DNA of 64,000 nucleotides. Source: Dudresnaya verticillata (Eukaryota). Location: positions 434,001-498,000 of the forward strand of contig OZ374560.1 of NCBI GenBank assembly GCA_977862235.1, written 5' to 3'. The notes under the pieces were generated by a model, which was not told where the DNA came from, ran no database searches, and was given only the letters and a program-made list of their open reading frames with translations. The position numbers were made by a program, and so were the translations under genes. Below are positions 13,137 to 25,609 of this stretch, in pieces; position 1 is the first letter of the stretch, and each line of letters opens with the position of its first letter.

Positions 13137-16100
13137 CTGAGGAACATAAACAACTCTTGAAAAGACCCATTTCTGTTAAAGTACCATCGGAATGATGTTG
13201 CCATTTAGCACTGGCGTTCACTAACCCGTAACTAGCCGTTAACAAAAGCCAGTAGAATGATCGGTTCGGACACTCACGCGGTGGTATGACATATACATCT
13301 CGAGGTGCTGGTCCCGACTGTAAAAAGGCACTCTTGACATCAATTTTGCTAATGAACCATCCGAAAATTGTTGTGATAGAAAGCAATATTCTAAATCCCA
13401 GAGGAGAGCAAGACGATGAATCAGTCTTCAAATTGGTCTTCTCCTTTTCTTTGTTGCCATGTGGGGCAATGCGAGCTTTGCAAATCTTAGAACCATCATC
13501 ATAAACCTTGAGTTTGTACAGTACATGGCTGGAAATAATATTTGCATTACTAGGTACCTTTGATATGTGAACTTCTTCACATGTTCGAATAAAATTGTCT
13601 TGTTCAACAGAGTAAGAATTCTCTAGTACAGACTGAGGTAAACCTTGGGCAGCAGATAATATAAATTCCTTAGAGCCAAAGCGATCAAAGTATCTATTTA
13701 AAAATTCGTTCTCGGCGGAGCTCAAAGTGTGACCAGGACGCAGAATCATTTCTGCAGTGTTAGCCTGGCGAACCATAGATCGAGTCACCATTTGCCGCTC
13801 ATCACTTAAAACATCAGGGGTAGCAGTGTTCGGAACATGTGTAAGCATGTCAAGGTCAATTTCTTCCTCAGGGTTATTACCATCTGCATCTTGTATAGCA
13901 ATCTCTTCACCATTAGTTTCAGATTTAAAGTAATCCAGATCATCCACATCATCAGACACATTGTGTACTGGAAAATTTTGCATACATTCCCTATGTACCG
14001 ATTCGTCTTCCAACATTATGTTATATTCATCAGAACCAATGTCAATTGCCTCTTGGACAAGATGGGAAAAGTCGGCATCACTGGGCAGTGCAGGTCGTAC
14101 ATCTTCTATAGCTGCACAAATGGGCTTACCAAAAGAACCAGGTACGGTTATTGACCGAGACTTCTGATCATACGTCAGAACGGGGCGAGGGACACTCCAT
14201 TTGCCACGTTTCTCTGTAGGGTGCTTAATAAAAATTTCCACAAGGTCACCAGACTTGATCTTATTATCTAAAGTGGCTTTTGAACGCATTATTGCAGTCA
14301 ACTTCCGGCGTGCCGACAAATCTTCGTGTGCACGAATAATGTCAGGTGGCACAACAATTGGTGAATTATTTGGAAGCACAGGTCGAGTATATCCTTTGGC
14401 TAGCTCGTGTGCAGATGCAATGTTGTTTCCATAAAGATCATTTGATATGCGAATAGCTTGAATTATAAGAAGCCTTGCATTAGTGCTATGATTGGCATGT
14501 CTAAGTCGATTAAATATAGACTTAATAACCCGGTGCTTTGACTCTATAGCATTCTTGCTTGGACGGCGAGGTGGAGCAGGACGAAAGCTGATACCAAGTT
14601 GTTTGAGATAAGATTTAAAATCCGAATTGTTAAAGGCAGGATCACCTTGAACTGCAATTAGAGGCCAAAAGGTAGATATCCAACATGCTTCAAGAGAATA
14701 TATTGCATCTTCCATATTTTTGGTCGTAACGCATTGCCCTGAGGAATACCTGGACATCGAGTCCATTACATGGAATACATTTAAATCCTCGGGGAAAAAA
14801 TGATCAATAAAGACAAGATCATTAAAACCACGCGATAAACTATTTAGAGATACAGTACGAGCCTTTTTGGGCAGGTCTGTAGAGTGACAGTCACGACACG
14901 ACTCTAGAAGCTTCGACAAGTACGATGCACATTCATCATTCCATAGATTATTTCGTTCAAGTAAAGTCTTGATGTCATAGTAGTTGGAATGACCACAGAC
15001 GTGTGCATGAACCTTGTCTATAATATGCTTCAAATTGTTCCATTCAATAGAGCTAGAACTACTGACAAGGTTTTGAATAAACGCATTATCAATAGAAGGG
15101 TTTTGGGTACAAGTATTATCATATGGTGCATTTTGTACAAAACGGTCAGCAGGTAGATAGTCGAGAAAATCTTCTTTCACGATACGAATAGAATCCTGTA
15201 TTCCGGCATCATTCTGAAATGGGAGTTGTAAAAAGTTTCCATTCATATGCATAATGTTGCAGTGCTTCGTGATATTTTTGCCAATGACCCATTGAGACGA
15301 CCCCGAAATAATAAGGTGCCTGATACGAATAGTAATTCCGCAGTCACTTATTCCATTTAAATCCACGGAGCCCAATATACGTCTTACTGAACTTGAATGG
15401 GCGCCCTTTCCATACTGCCAGAATGGGCGGTCAGATACAGAGTCAGGAAGTGGTCCTAATTTACCGGACCAATGCGGTAAAATTAAAGGTGAGAGCTCAC
15501 GAAGCTCAACTATTCCCATGCCAGAATATGGAGCTCCATCATCAAGTAGTGGATTAGGAAGACGGGAAAGAGTTTCAGAAACAGAGCCATTATTCAGAGT
15601 TACCATGCTGAAATGTACTGTCTTAGTCCTAGCAGGGGTATTGCCAGTTTCAACCTGAGCTTGTTTCACATCGGTGGATTTGTTTAGCGGACATTCCGGA
15701 TCGATTGACCAGTGCCCTTTTTTCTTACATGCACGACACGTAGACTTCTTCTTGACTTCAGTAATTTCTGATGGAGTCATGTCAGAAATCTTTTTTCTGC
15801 GAGGCGGCTTCGTAGATTGAGGAGTAAAACCACTGCTGGAATTTAAAGTAGAGTTGGAGTTTCCTATGATATCCTTAGGACGGTCACATGTGCGAAGAAT
15901 AGTGGCTACATCTTCGTATTTGAATTTCCGTAGCATTTCAGCCGAAGTTGCAACAGCTTCTCCTTCGGCCTGACGGGGTGTAGCTGCTGCAAGGATAGAT
16001 ACACGTTGATTGGAATCTACCTTAGAATTAGCCAGCAGTAGAAACGAACATAACGACTCCGGTAATGTTGACTCCGTGGCTGTAGCGTTAAAGCGGCTTA

Positions 16101-16506
16101 AAACAGCATCAAAGCGCATTTCAAAGGTTTTAAAACCTTCTTGGTCACCACGTGTTGTACTTAGTAGAGATAAAAATTTCTGGAAGACATCATTCACAAC
16201 CGCCAGAGGATCGGCTTTGTGAAGAGATTTTGCTATTTCCATTGCACCATTCACGCCATGAATAGTTGCAGTATCCAGTTTCATAACAATGTCTTGAGCT
16301 CGACCATATAGCTGTGACTGCAGCATCATTCCTTGAAGCTCAGAAGGAATCTTATTAGTATTGCTGTCAGGTAATTTATCATGAAATGTTGACCACAACT
16401 TGACAGCATTTAGATAATGTTCTTGGTTTCCACGTCCATCGGTCCAGGGAGCATCCTTGATTGTCCACGAAAAATTGGGACGAGAGGGCAAATCAGCTGG
16501 GCCCAT
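13078..16506 (-). CDS. gag-pol: Copia gag-pol polyprotein, first part (gag Zn knuckle, protease, integrase, RT N-terminal half)
   Basis: CRACKKKGHWSIDPEC knuckle; LLDDGA protease site; H..H..CRDC plus FIDHF / QGDPAF / IES integrase triad; KARIAPHG, IDVKSAFLQ and YGL RT motifs. Frame breaks at the A run 13160-13163. Confidence 0.92.
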   Translation of the reverse strand: MGPADLPSRPNFSWTIKDAPWTDGRGNQEHYLNAVKLWSTFHDKLPDSNTNKIPSELQGMMLQSQLYGRAQDIVMKLDTATIHGVNGAMEIAKSLHKADPLAVVNDVFQKFLSLLSTTRGDQEGFKTFEMRFDAVLSRFNATATESTLPESLCSFLLLANSKVDSNQRVSILAAATPRQAEGEAVATSAEMLRKFKYEDVATILRTCDRPKDIIGNSNSTLNSSSGFTPQSTKPPRRKKISDMTPSEITEVKKKSTCRACKKKGHWSIDPECPLNKSTDVKQAQVETGNTPARTKTVHFSMVTLNNGSVSETLSRLPNPLLDDGAPYSGMGIVELRELSPLILPHWSGKLGPLPDSVSDRPFWQYGKGAHSSSVRRILGSVDLNGISDCGITIRIRHLIISGSSQWVIGKNITKHCNIMHMNGNFLQLPFQNDAGIQDSIRIVKEDFLDYLPADRFVQNAPYDNTCTQNPSIDNAFIQNLVSSSSSIEWNNLKHIIDKVHAHVCGHSNYYDIKTLLERNNLWNDECASYLSKLLESCRDCHSTDLPKKARTVSLNSLSRGFNDLVFIDHFFPEDLNVFHVMDSMSRYSSGQCVTTKNMEDAIYSLEACWISTFWPLIAVQGDPAFNNSDFKSYLKQLGISFRPAPPRRPSKNAIESKHRVIKSIFNRLRHANHSTNARLLIIQAIRISNDLYGNNIASAHELAKGYTRPVLPNNSPIVVPPDIIRAHEDLSARRKLTAIMRSKATLDNKIKSGDLVEIFIKHPTEKRGKWSVPRPVLTYDQKSRSITVPGSFGKPICAAIEDVRPALPSDADFSHLVQEAIDIGSDEYNIMLEDESVHRECMQNFPVHNVSDDVDDLDYFKSETNGEEIAIQDADGNNPEEEIDLDMLTHVPNTATPDVLSDERQMVTRSMVRQANTAEMILRPGHTLSSAENEFLNRYFDRFGSKEFILSAAQGLPQSVLENSYSVEQDNFIRTCEEVHISKVPSNANIISSHVLYKLKVYDDGSKICKARIAPHGNKEKEKTNLKTDSSSCSPLGFRILLSITTIFGWFISKIDVKSAFLQSGPAPRDVYVIPPRECPNRSFYWLLLTASYGLVNASAKWQHHSDGTLTEMGLFKSCLCSSVVLQNGESSPCSADCQSGG

Positions 16507-16510
16507 AACT

Positions 16511-16842
16511 TAATAATGAGGAGTGAAACACGTTGTGAGGAAGGAAGATAAGACAAGATGAATGGATAGATCAAATAAGAAAGTGTAATTGAATGTGTTA
16601 TAAAAGTTCTTCTCGTTCTGATGCCTTAGATCAAGAATGAACAAACCATTGAGGGTTCTTATAGACTTTCTACTTCTCAGCTTGAGATGGTATTCTAGTA
16701 GTTCAGAAAGTCAACAATAATATAGACGTTACTACTGTATAAGTGGAAGTATTGTATCTTAGCAATATTGTATTGATCTGATATTGCATGCATGTAATGC
16801 AATATCTCTAAGCAAATATCCATCAAGGATACAAGTTAGATA
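16511..16842 (-). repeat. 5' LTR of the Copia element
   Basis: Direct repeat of 11746-12077; followed on the minus strand by AGTTATGGGCCCAG. Confidence 0.95.
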
Positions 16843-17485
16843 GGGTTTCCTCCTTTTCTCAATCAAGGAGTCCTACACTATTTAAATCCGTCGGAGACGT
16901 TAGTTATCCTTCTCCAAGCCTCTCAGCAAAGAGGGCCTTAGTTCTGCTAACATATCTTTGCTCGACATACTGTATTTAACACCCGAGCAGCGGAACTCGC
17001 CTTGGAGTACTCCCGGCACAGGGAGCCTGGGGCAGTGCGGACAGGTGCAAACCCAGCAAGGGCCCCTGTCGGAAAAGAGTACTACCTGTACTCGGACCCT
17101 GCCAGCATAGGCAACGCTGTACACTGTACAATGTATGCTACCTCCTCTCTGCAGCAAAGCAGTGCCTAGACAGGCCTCTCTATCTGATTGGATGTGTTCA
17201 GGGTAAAAGACCAACTCCTAATTCCACAGACATCTCTCTTTTGTGCGTCCTTGGCAGGAAAGGAGCCATATCTCAGCAAGTAATGCCTCAATGTTTACCG
17301 TTTTAAGTGCATTAAAAAGCTAACACAATCATGTTACGCATATACAAGAAGCTCATGGATAGGATGAATAGCACGGCAATGAAGTTTACTATTGCAATGA
17401 GCTTTTGCGGGTCAGAAACGAAGGATTGCCAAAATCGATAACAAACGGATTCTCCATGGCCAATTTATATCAGGCGCCCGGCGCT

Positions 17486-17831
17486 TCACGCGCGCCGTGG
17501 CTCGTCGCGCAACCTGCCTGCTCCTGCCGCAACGGCAGTCCTCCTTCGAACTCTGCGGCCTGCTCGAGAGTCCCGCAGCCGCTTTCGCTGCTCAAAACGC
17601 TTGTCGGCCAGTTCGTCATAACGCCTGACATCAGCGATTGGCTCTCTGACGTCGTCATCGGTATCATGATTGCTTGATTTGGCCTTCTTATCCATATCAC
17701 GCCGGCGCTTCTCTTCACGCTTTTCGAGAGCGCGTAGAACAAGATCAGCGGTCAAACGAGCACCGCGACGTGTCTCAACGCGAATCCTGCCCTCGTGCTC
17801 CACGTTGGCATCTCGAAGCAGTTTTCTACCC
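17486..17831 (-). pseudogene. pogo/Fot1-type transposase 1, C-terminal segment
   Basis: GRKLLRDANVEHEGRIRVETRRGARLTADLVLRAL aligns with GRSLPRDADVEYAGTIRVDTKRGCNLTNDVVLNAL of the transposase at 44059-45063. It joins 18679 in frame once solo LTR E1 is removed. Confidence 0.85.
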
Positions 17832-17836
17832 TTATT

Positions 17837-18678
17837 TGTGGTATAGACGCTATCCGTGAAACGACTCCGTGGTCTACGTGAAAATAATCGAGAAATACGA
17901 ATTTCGAAATGACTCCGTGAATGTGCACGCTACGATGACAAACGTATTACAGTGCGCATACTGTGCGCGCGCCACGATGGCATTCGCAATACAGCACGCA
18001 TGCGATACGAAATCGCTGACACCTCCGTACGAATCCCGAGCCGACTTCGTGATCGGGCGCGCCACGATGGCATTCGTATTACAGTGCGCGCCCGATACGA
18101 AATCGCTGACACCTTCTTGACTTTCCCGTTGTTTCCCGCGCGTAACCGCACCGGGCCCACGAGACACGCGCACCTCCGTATGCATCGCTGGCGCACTTCG
18201 CAACCGCCACCATACGTGAGGCGACCGTTCGATGGAACCGAGGCCGTTACGAATCATTCGAGTACGAACCGTCTCCCGGATTGACGCGCATTCGTGCGCA
18301 CGTAGTACTACTTAGCCAGTCGTCTGGGACAACCTCCGAGGGTTTCCGGTAAGCGACTAGCGCCCGGACCTCGGAGTCTTCGGTAAACGCCTGTTTCTTC
18401 GAGTTCGGTGTCTTCGTCTTCGTGACCGCGGATACAGTCGAGCCTCGCTTTCGATAGCCCCGCGCACCCGGATTCATCCCCGGTGATCGATCGCTCGAGT
18501 TCTCCCTTCCGCACACGAATACGTTGACACCGTGGTCCTTCGTGTTGGTCGCTCCGCTCTACCACGCTACCACCCCTTTCCGTTTCTCCGTTAGGCTACG
18601 ATGCCACTCGTTAGGCTCCGAGGCCATTCCTTACAGTGCGAGACTTTCCCGCGTCACCGTGGACTTCGTTTTACCACA
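17837..18678 (+). mobile_element. Solo LTR E1 (842 bp, Gypsy-type)
   Basis: TGTGGTA...TACCACA ends; TSD TTATT at 17832-17836 and 18679-18683; imperfect tandem repeats in U3; homologous to 41909-42752. Confidence 0.92.
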
Positions 18679-19134
18679 TTATTCTTGAACTGCATTAGTA
18701 GTTTGGCCAGACTAACCTCATTATTTTCCGCATCGATGGTGACCCTCCCTATCAACGGCCGCATGTTGGTCTTGCCCAAACTGGCATCCCAAACGCCACT
18801 TTTCTTAAATCCTGCAATTATTGTTGGAGCAATAAGCGCCTTAGAGTAGGTATTATGTATGCATGCGCCTACATCGAAGGCATTCAAGACTCGCTTGACA
18901 CGTGCAGCTTGGTTCCGCTCTTGCTGTAAAAAGGATTTGTACACTCCGAAAACAGTGACATCTAAGGGCTAAAGGGCATTGGAGGTGTGTGACGGCAGAG
19001 GAATAACCCCAATACAATTGCTTCGGAATAAAGAAAGAAACTCATACTGAATTTGAGGCCCGTACCCGTCCAACAGGAACATTAGTTGCTGATGGTTTTC
19101 GCGTAGCTTGTGTGTCTCTAGCACGAAGCCCTTT
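18679..19134 (-). pseudogene. pogo/Fot1-type transposase 1, central DDE_1 segment
   Basis: FLLDGYGPQ...LPSHTSNAL*PLDVTVF...GFKKSGVW, the typical pogo P.HTSH.LQPLD motif with Q changed to stop. Confidence 0.9.
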
Positions 19135-19858
19135 TGTGGTGCAATTCACCGGTGCTCATTTGCCTCAAATCGCGGCCTCCCCGCCAGCAATGCACCTGGG
19201 GGCTGCCCCTGTAAGGCGCCCGGCCTGTAAGTCCTGCGCGCGGGTGGCAACGGGTGGCGGATTATGGTGGCGGATCTTCGCTAGTGTACGCTCTGTCAGC
19301 CACCCTTAATTTTTGTTAATTTTAGTTAATCCCTTTCCGCTGTCACAAATCTCCATATGGCACGCTCCCTTCCTCACTTCATTTGCGGCGCACCCGCGTG
19401 TACGTAGTATATTAGAGCTAGGGGCGCGCCCTCATTCAGTAAACAAGCCAAGATCGGGCTCTACGACACACACCTCCCTACCCTGGACCGACACCATCGT
19501 CGTCAGGAGGGACTCCAGTGCATGCGTACCCCTTCTTCATCATACAGAACCCTGCTTTCCCCTTTTCCTTTTGCTTTTCCACTATTTTAGGGTTCCTCCC
19601 TTTTTCTTTCGTCTCGTGGCGCTTTAAAGTCGCGCTACGGGGCTACTCCCCATGCTCTACCACACCACCCCCTACTACCGCTACCCGCGGGTCCTGAACG
19701 CCCGAGGTGTGTCCTCTGTTGTTGTTTTCAGCAGTGAATTTGCACCACATTTGGTCTCCCGACCTAGAAGGTCGGAAATTCCGATTGGCTACGTTTCTAC
19801 GCTACGGAACTACCATTCTTCACATTTTACTTTCTACATACATCGCATAATTTCTGCC

Positions 19859-22527
19859 ATGCCACTCCGTCGACAGCCGTCGTCGGCAAGGTCCGCCCCA
19901 TCGCAGCCTGGAGCTGCTCTGGTTACGCGAGCTCGTGCGCAGGCATGTCCTGCGGTCCAAGCCGCCTTTTCGGCAATGCCCAATGAGGGGGTTCCTCGTG
20001 TACCTCCCTCGGTGGAGGTAGTACCTCCTGACCCAGCCGGGGCTCTCCCGACTGGCCAGGTCCAAGGCGGGCAGCCAGCATCTCCGCCTTCGCTGCCCAT
20101 TTCACCATCGCCTATTTCGGCATCACTTCCGCCTATTCGGGAATGGGGTGTCATCCCAAGTCATTCGGGATACACCCGTCACCACGCGGATATCCGCTCT
20201 GCCGTCTGGCCTGAACAACGTACATGGCCACCGCAGAGGAACTTCTCACATCGTTATCCGCCCCCTGCGGCGTGTCTCTCCCCACCCATGCGAGGGTCCG
20301 AGGCAATCTCGTTATCTTCGAAAGAATCGAACTTGTGCTCAGCCACCTCATCACCGACCTTCGGGTCATCACAGTCGTCAAGCGACAATTGCAGCAGGTG
20401 CTATTCACCTTCGGAGTCGTCAACAGACTCCTCCATGAGGTCATCCTCCTGTTCATCCTTGTGGAGTTCCACATCTTCGGACCTGTCCAACCCGTGGTCC
20501 GACGAAGAAACAGAGATAATCTCGTTAGCTGGCTGCCGCCAAGGTGAGCATCTCGACGCGTACGCGACGCACCGCGCAAAACCTGAGGATTACCTCATGA
20601 CGACACAACCGGATTTCCTGGAGTACACTGGGCATGAGCTATGCGGCCAGAACCCTAAGCGGTGCGAGGCCACCATGCCCCCAGTGGGCATCAGACGGAG
20701 ATCTGCTCCACAAGCCGGGGAACGCCCCCTTGTAACTTCAAAAAATGAACTTCAACATTCTCGGTCACAACCTGCGGAAGTCGGCAGTGCCATTTAAATG
20801 GCCACTGACATTCCGGCTCATGGCAATGAGGAAATTCTCCCACCCCGTGCGCCTCGAGTCCTCACGCGGAGATTCACGAGGCTTTCCTCTGTACTGACAA
20901 GGGACTACGCCCTACGACGACCCTGGAGAAGAATTCCACAGCGTGCTAAGCGGGGAATCCGCATCATGCTTGGACGGAATGCTGCGGTCTATGCCGATTT
21001 CGGCTTATCAAAGGTGTCTGTGACACGTTCTGTCACGGTGCTAGACACTTGTTCTGACCCGAACCTTATTCGGCAGTCGGAACTACAACGGGTACTCCCC
21101 GAAAACGAAGCAACAGTGCGGTACGGTCCGCTGCTAGACTACCGAGACGAACGCGGAAAGCCGCTGAATACCTTCGGGATTACCAGCCTTCATGTGGCCA
21201 TCGGTAACGTCAATACAGAAGTTGACTTCATAGTTGTTGGAGATCTCTCCGTGCCTGCCGTATTCGGCGCTGACTTTTGTGATGAATTCGTCGAGGCCAT
21301 ATGGCCTGCCCGGAGAAGTGTCGAGTTAGCTTCCGGACCCTCCGTTCCAATAGTTCGGAGAATGCACAAACGCGTGCTTCGGGGACCGCCCCTTCCAAAC
21401 TCTCAGGAGTACTCTCCACTTCGCGGTCGCGTATTGCCTAAGATGCGAGTCACCCGTCCCGTTTGGCTGTGTCCGCAAGCGACGACCTGGGTCGAAGTGA
21501 CGACAAAGCGCCATGGTGTTCATGTGGTGATCCCACAGTCAAGTTTCCAAAAAGAGAACTCGTGCACTGTTCACGCAGGCGTTGTTTAGGTTGAACCTGA
21601 AAAACCCTTCCTGGTGCTTATCACCAATTATGGTCAACTCCCACTGAGGGTTTCTCCTCACCAAGTCATTGGCAACCTCACACCACATCCCAGTATGCGT
21701 TTATCCATATCACGTTCCCTCGCGGACCCGTTTGATGAAATGGGAATTCCCAATCATAGAGAGTTCGCCTTTCTGATGGTTCTACGCTCGACGGTTTCGA
21801 CTACCGGGGCATCATTGTGGGAAAGCCGCTCGATACTGGAAATGCGTCACACCGAACGGAGATGTCCAGGCAACAGCAGTGTGGTGTCAATCGACAATTA
21901 TTGGGACTACCAGGTAGTCCCAACCAAAACCAGAGCGATTTCGCTACTTGGTTTACTTGGGGACCATCCCAACTGGTTCCTGCTCCCGCTTCTAAAGCAG
22001 GAGCAGAAATATATATTGTGGATGGCCACGATAATTCTGACGAGGAATCCTCGAGTGACACATCATCGCGGGAATCTGCAAGCACCTGGGGACAAACCCC
22101 TTTCGCAGACTCTGAATCAGAGCAATCAAGCGGAAATTGTTCCATAGTCTCCGGAAAGCGGGGGAAAGTTCCCACTCCGCAAACTTCGATAATGCGAACG
22201 AGAATTCCCGAGGGCAAACACGTTCGCGAAGGCACTTCCCTACGGGATTGCCCGACAAGTAAAGCAGAAGTGGCTCCTCGTGTCAGACAATTGCCATTGG
22301 TGAAACCCCCTGTGCTGCTTACGCCCGTACCCGATCGAGCTCCTCGGGATCACCAAGTCAAGCTGAAAGATTGCCGAAAGCCGGCTATTCTCGGACTTGG
22401 TCGCAGAATTGCGAAGCACCGGACCGGTCTACCGATCAGGTACTGCTCTCCAGGCTCGGGGAAAGGATTGGCTGTTGCCATGGCCCCAGATAATTCTGGC
22501 CAATCATGTCCCATAATTTGGCAATAG
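19859..22527 (+). pseudogene. Element A polyprotein: Pro/Ser-rich N-terminus plus retropepsin-like protease, with stops at 20797 and 21589 and a frameshift
   Basis: TVLDTCSDPNLI...VDFIVVGDLSVPAVFGADFC; collinear with the open ORF of element B. Confidence 0.8.
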
Positions 22528-23238
22528 TCACCCTGAGCCCCGGCAGTGCACCACCGTGCGCCCCAACGACGTGAAGTCTTATTTCGACTAAGTCCGAAAC
22601 GGGCTACACGAAAAAGGGATATCCGTAGATGCTGCGACTAACGGGCAACGGCCAGGTCAGCAAGCAACTCCACATGATAGGGAAGTACCCTGAGGAGGCC
22701 GATGCGATATACCGTTGCCTGTTTTCCAACGGCGCGCGCATGACTGGTTACTCGATAAGCTCAATCCATCGTGCCGCATGCGGCTTCATCCGCGAAACTT
22801 TATCTTCAAATGGAATCATTCCATAATTTCCATTCACCTGCCGTGTGCAGTGGAGGGGCTCATTTGGCGAACACGTCACGAATCAGCTGGTCTACGTAGG
22901 GCTACAAAGTTTATCGCTCCAGCGGAAACCCGCAGTCAAGTAACCGCGCTTAAGCTTGAATTCAAGTCGGTTACGAAGCCAAACAAAATGTGCACATGTC
23001 ATGACACGCATGGCTTGCAGCAGGGGCGTTCTCCACGCATATCGCACTCGGGTTCGGTCAATAATACGCTGACCGTGTTCCAGAGGTACCAGCTGACTTG
23101 TTCAGCGGCGATGGAGAATTGCGGGATACCGCTCGAGATGGATCCACAGTCGACTGCTGCTGTGCGGCTGTCCATTACGGCCAATCTGCACACGGAGTAG
23201 TTGTGAATCGGCTACTCCTCCTTGTTGGGCAGGTCAAT

Positions 23239-23421
23239 GAGAAAGTGGTGGACCACGAGTACGCCAATACAGAGCTTCTGTTTGAAGTCAAATGGCACGG
23301 GTATCTGTCGTCTCATACATGGGAACCCATACAACATCTACCAAGGAGTCAAATAATCTCCTTCTGCAAACGGAAACACCCTGGCGTTCCGGCTACGATA
23401 GGAAAGGCGATGGTGGGCTAG
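23239..23421 (+). pseudogene. Isolated chromodomain (chromovirus integrase C-terminus) in element A
   Basis: EKVVDHEY...LLFEVKWHGY..SHTWEPIQHL fits the chromodomain pattern Y.VE.I..H...Y.VKW.GY...TWEP..L. Confidence 0.85.
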
Positions 23422-25609
23422 CGCCAAAACGGGACGCATGCAGGCAGCTGCTAAGTCCCAAATGAAGTGGACATACCACGTTGAAGAGTCGGGTTCAGGA
23501 GTCGATGCCACAGTAGACACCGCGCACACAATGGGAGTCCTGTACGCCACGGTGTAGAATCTCATTGGTCAGGCACGATAATAATTATCGCAGCACCAAT
23601 CAGACACACCCTACGCGCACCCACTCACCCTAGCGGTTGGCCGCAATTGATCACCTTCGTCTCTCTCGAAGTCGAATACGGCTAAGTCAACAAAGGCAAG
23701 CATGCCCAAAACGGAATTCCGTAATGACTACCCCGAGCCGTCAACGGCCTTGAGCATCCGTTCCCCATGAAGTGGGGAACGCCTTCGCACAGGTCGCATA
23801 CGAAAAGTGGATTCCCACATCGCAGAACGTTCGCGTCAAAACCGACGCGACGCTCCCTATCCCTCTATGTGCGGTGTCCCACAGCACTCCCTTTACGTCA
23901 GACCATGGAGGAACACCCCTACAAAGGCCACAGCAAACCGCTGTTGTCGCCTCCGAGTCGTCTACGGCTGAATCTACAAAGGCAATTATGCCTAAAACAG
24001 AATTCCGTAATCGCTAAGCTGAGCCATCGATGGCCTTTCGTACACCCAGCGGTAGGGGAATGCCCCCACACACGCTGCGCGTGCCGCCACATCGTTTAAA
24101 GAATGGTATCCAACACGACAGGGCGTCCGCGACCAAGCCAATCGGCATCAATCGGTATCGATTGGCATCGATATCGCGCGGCATTCCGCTCCTCTAGACG
24201 ACGCCTCGTCACACTCCGTCGAATTCCACTAGGCGTTGGCGGACCCACTTGGGCTCGCTCTACCACTCGACTGCGCGGGGAAACGCTGACGTTGGTGGTT
24301 TAGCGCAGAAGCACTTCTTCTGCAGATACCTGCTGAGGCACAATTGGCGTGGCCAGATAGCAAAAAGAAGCCGGTGCCACAGTGCGGACAGCCTCTGTCA
24401 ATTACGTACTGTACGCCATACTTCAGACTGCGATTGGGTGCCGTTTGAACTAATTTTAATTTTAGCCAATCAGATGCTGGAACTTAAGGAGCTGCTACCC
24501 TGGGTGATGTCGAGCTCGGCATAAGTCGCTTCACCGACACAAAGTCGATTTTAGACTAAGTGGCTGACTCGGTATGCGGAAAACGGATATCCGTAGCCCT
24601 TCCCTTAAGCTGGCAACGTGCAGATCCGCGACCACCCCGACACGATGGGGAAGTCCCCTGAGGAAGCCGATACGGCGTATCGCCGACGGTTTCCCAATGG
24701 CGCGCGCTTTTCAGCGCCTGCTCAAATGCAGTTCCGGACTTACCCGTCAAATTGGAAATCGATGCAGTTGAACCCCCTGCACTACAAGCCGAAATGGAAT
24801 CATCCCATTACACCCCCTTCAACCACCTCGGAATTGGGGGACCCCGTTGGACGAAATCGTCATGCCTTTGAGGTACCCCTTTTGGGCACCCTATCCAGGA
24901 AAACCCCGTTTGTATACTGCTCAGGAGCTCCTGTTCGCCCCTACTCCCCGTTTTGGCACGATATCCGCGCTTGGGAATTTCCCAACAACTCTACAAACGA
25001 GAATTCTCGTTGTTCGGGGTAGTGGCAGCCCGTTTTGCAAGTCTTCGACGTCGTCCTTAACAGACGTGGAGTTTTACGGGTTTGCCCCGATAGGCCCATG
25101 CTGGTCCAGACGGCCCTGACGCCCCACTGCCAAGACGAAGTCGCCACGAAAAAGAAACCGTCATCGAACTAAGTAGTGTATCTACAATACGCTTCCCGGG
25201 ATTCCGGTTCTACGCCCAAACACCTTCGTGTGTAGATTTCTACCTACGAACAATTGCAGAATGTGTACCGCCATAAGGACGTTGAAGCTATTCGGGCGAC
25301 GCTGGAAATGTTGTATTCAACTCTGTTTAAGTATGGTGTACGCGCCTTGAGCTGCTGCATTTTTATGGCCGTGAAATGGGGAATACCCCAATGCATTTGA
25401 CCGCGGACGCGATTTCGCAACAACTGCAATGCGGAATTGCCGCCTTTTCCGTACCGCGCCCGGTTCGGCATCGGGAAAATCGAGTATTGGGGAGAGCCCC
25501 ATGCTTAAGTCCATTCGTGGGCTTCCACTTTTGCACCTGCCATTCTGCGGTGACATCCGCTTGTTCGCCCGCACCTGCATTTTCCGTATTCGGCTGTTTT
25601 CTGTTTTAT

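Larger units (their letters stand above)
11746..16842 (-). mobile_element. Full-length, very young Ty1/Copia LTR retrotransposon
   Basis: Two 332-bp LTRs with no difference seen; flanking duplication GGGTT(T) at 11740-11745 and 16843-16848; PBS 16497-16510; purine tract 12078-12095; domain order gag-PR-IN-RT-RH. Confidence 0.97.

Noticed and set aside
17930..18120. CRISPR-like repeat-spacer array
   Set aside because: Only 2-3 imperfect repeats inside an LTR U3, with related intervening sequence and no cas genes.
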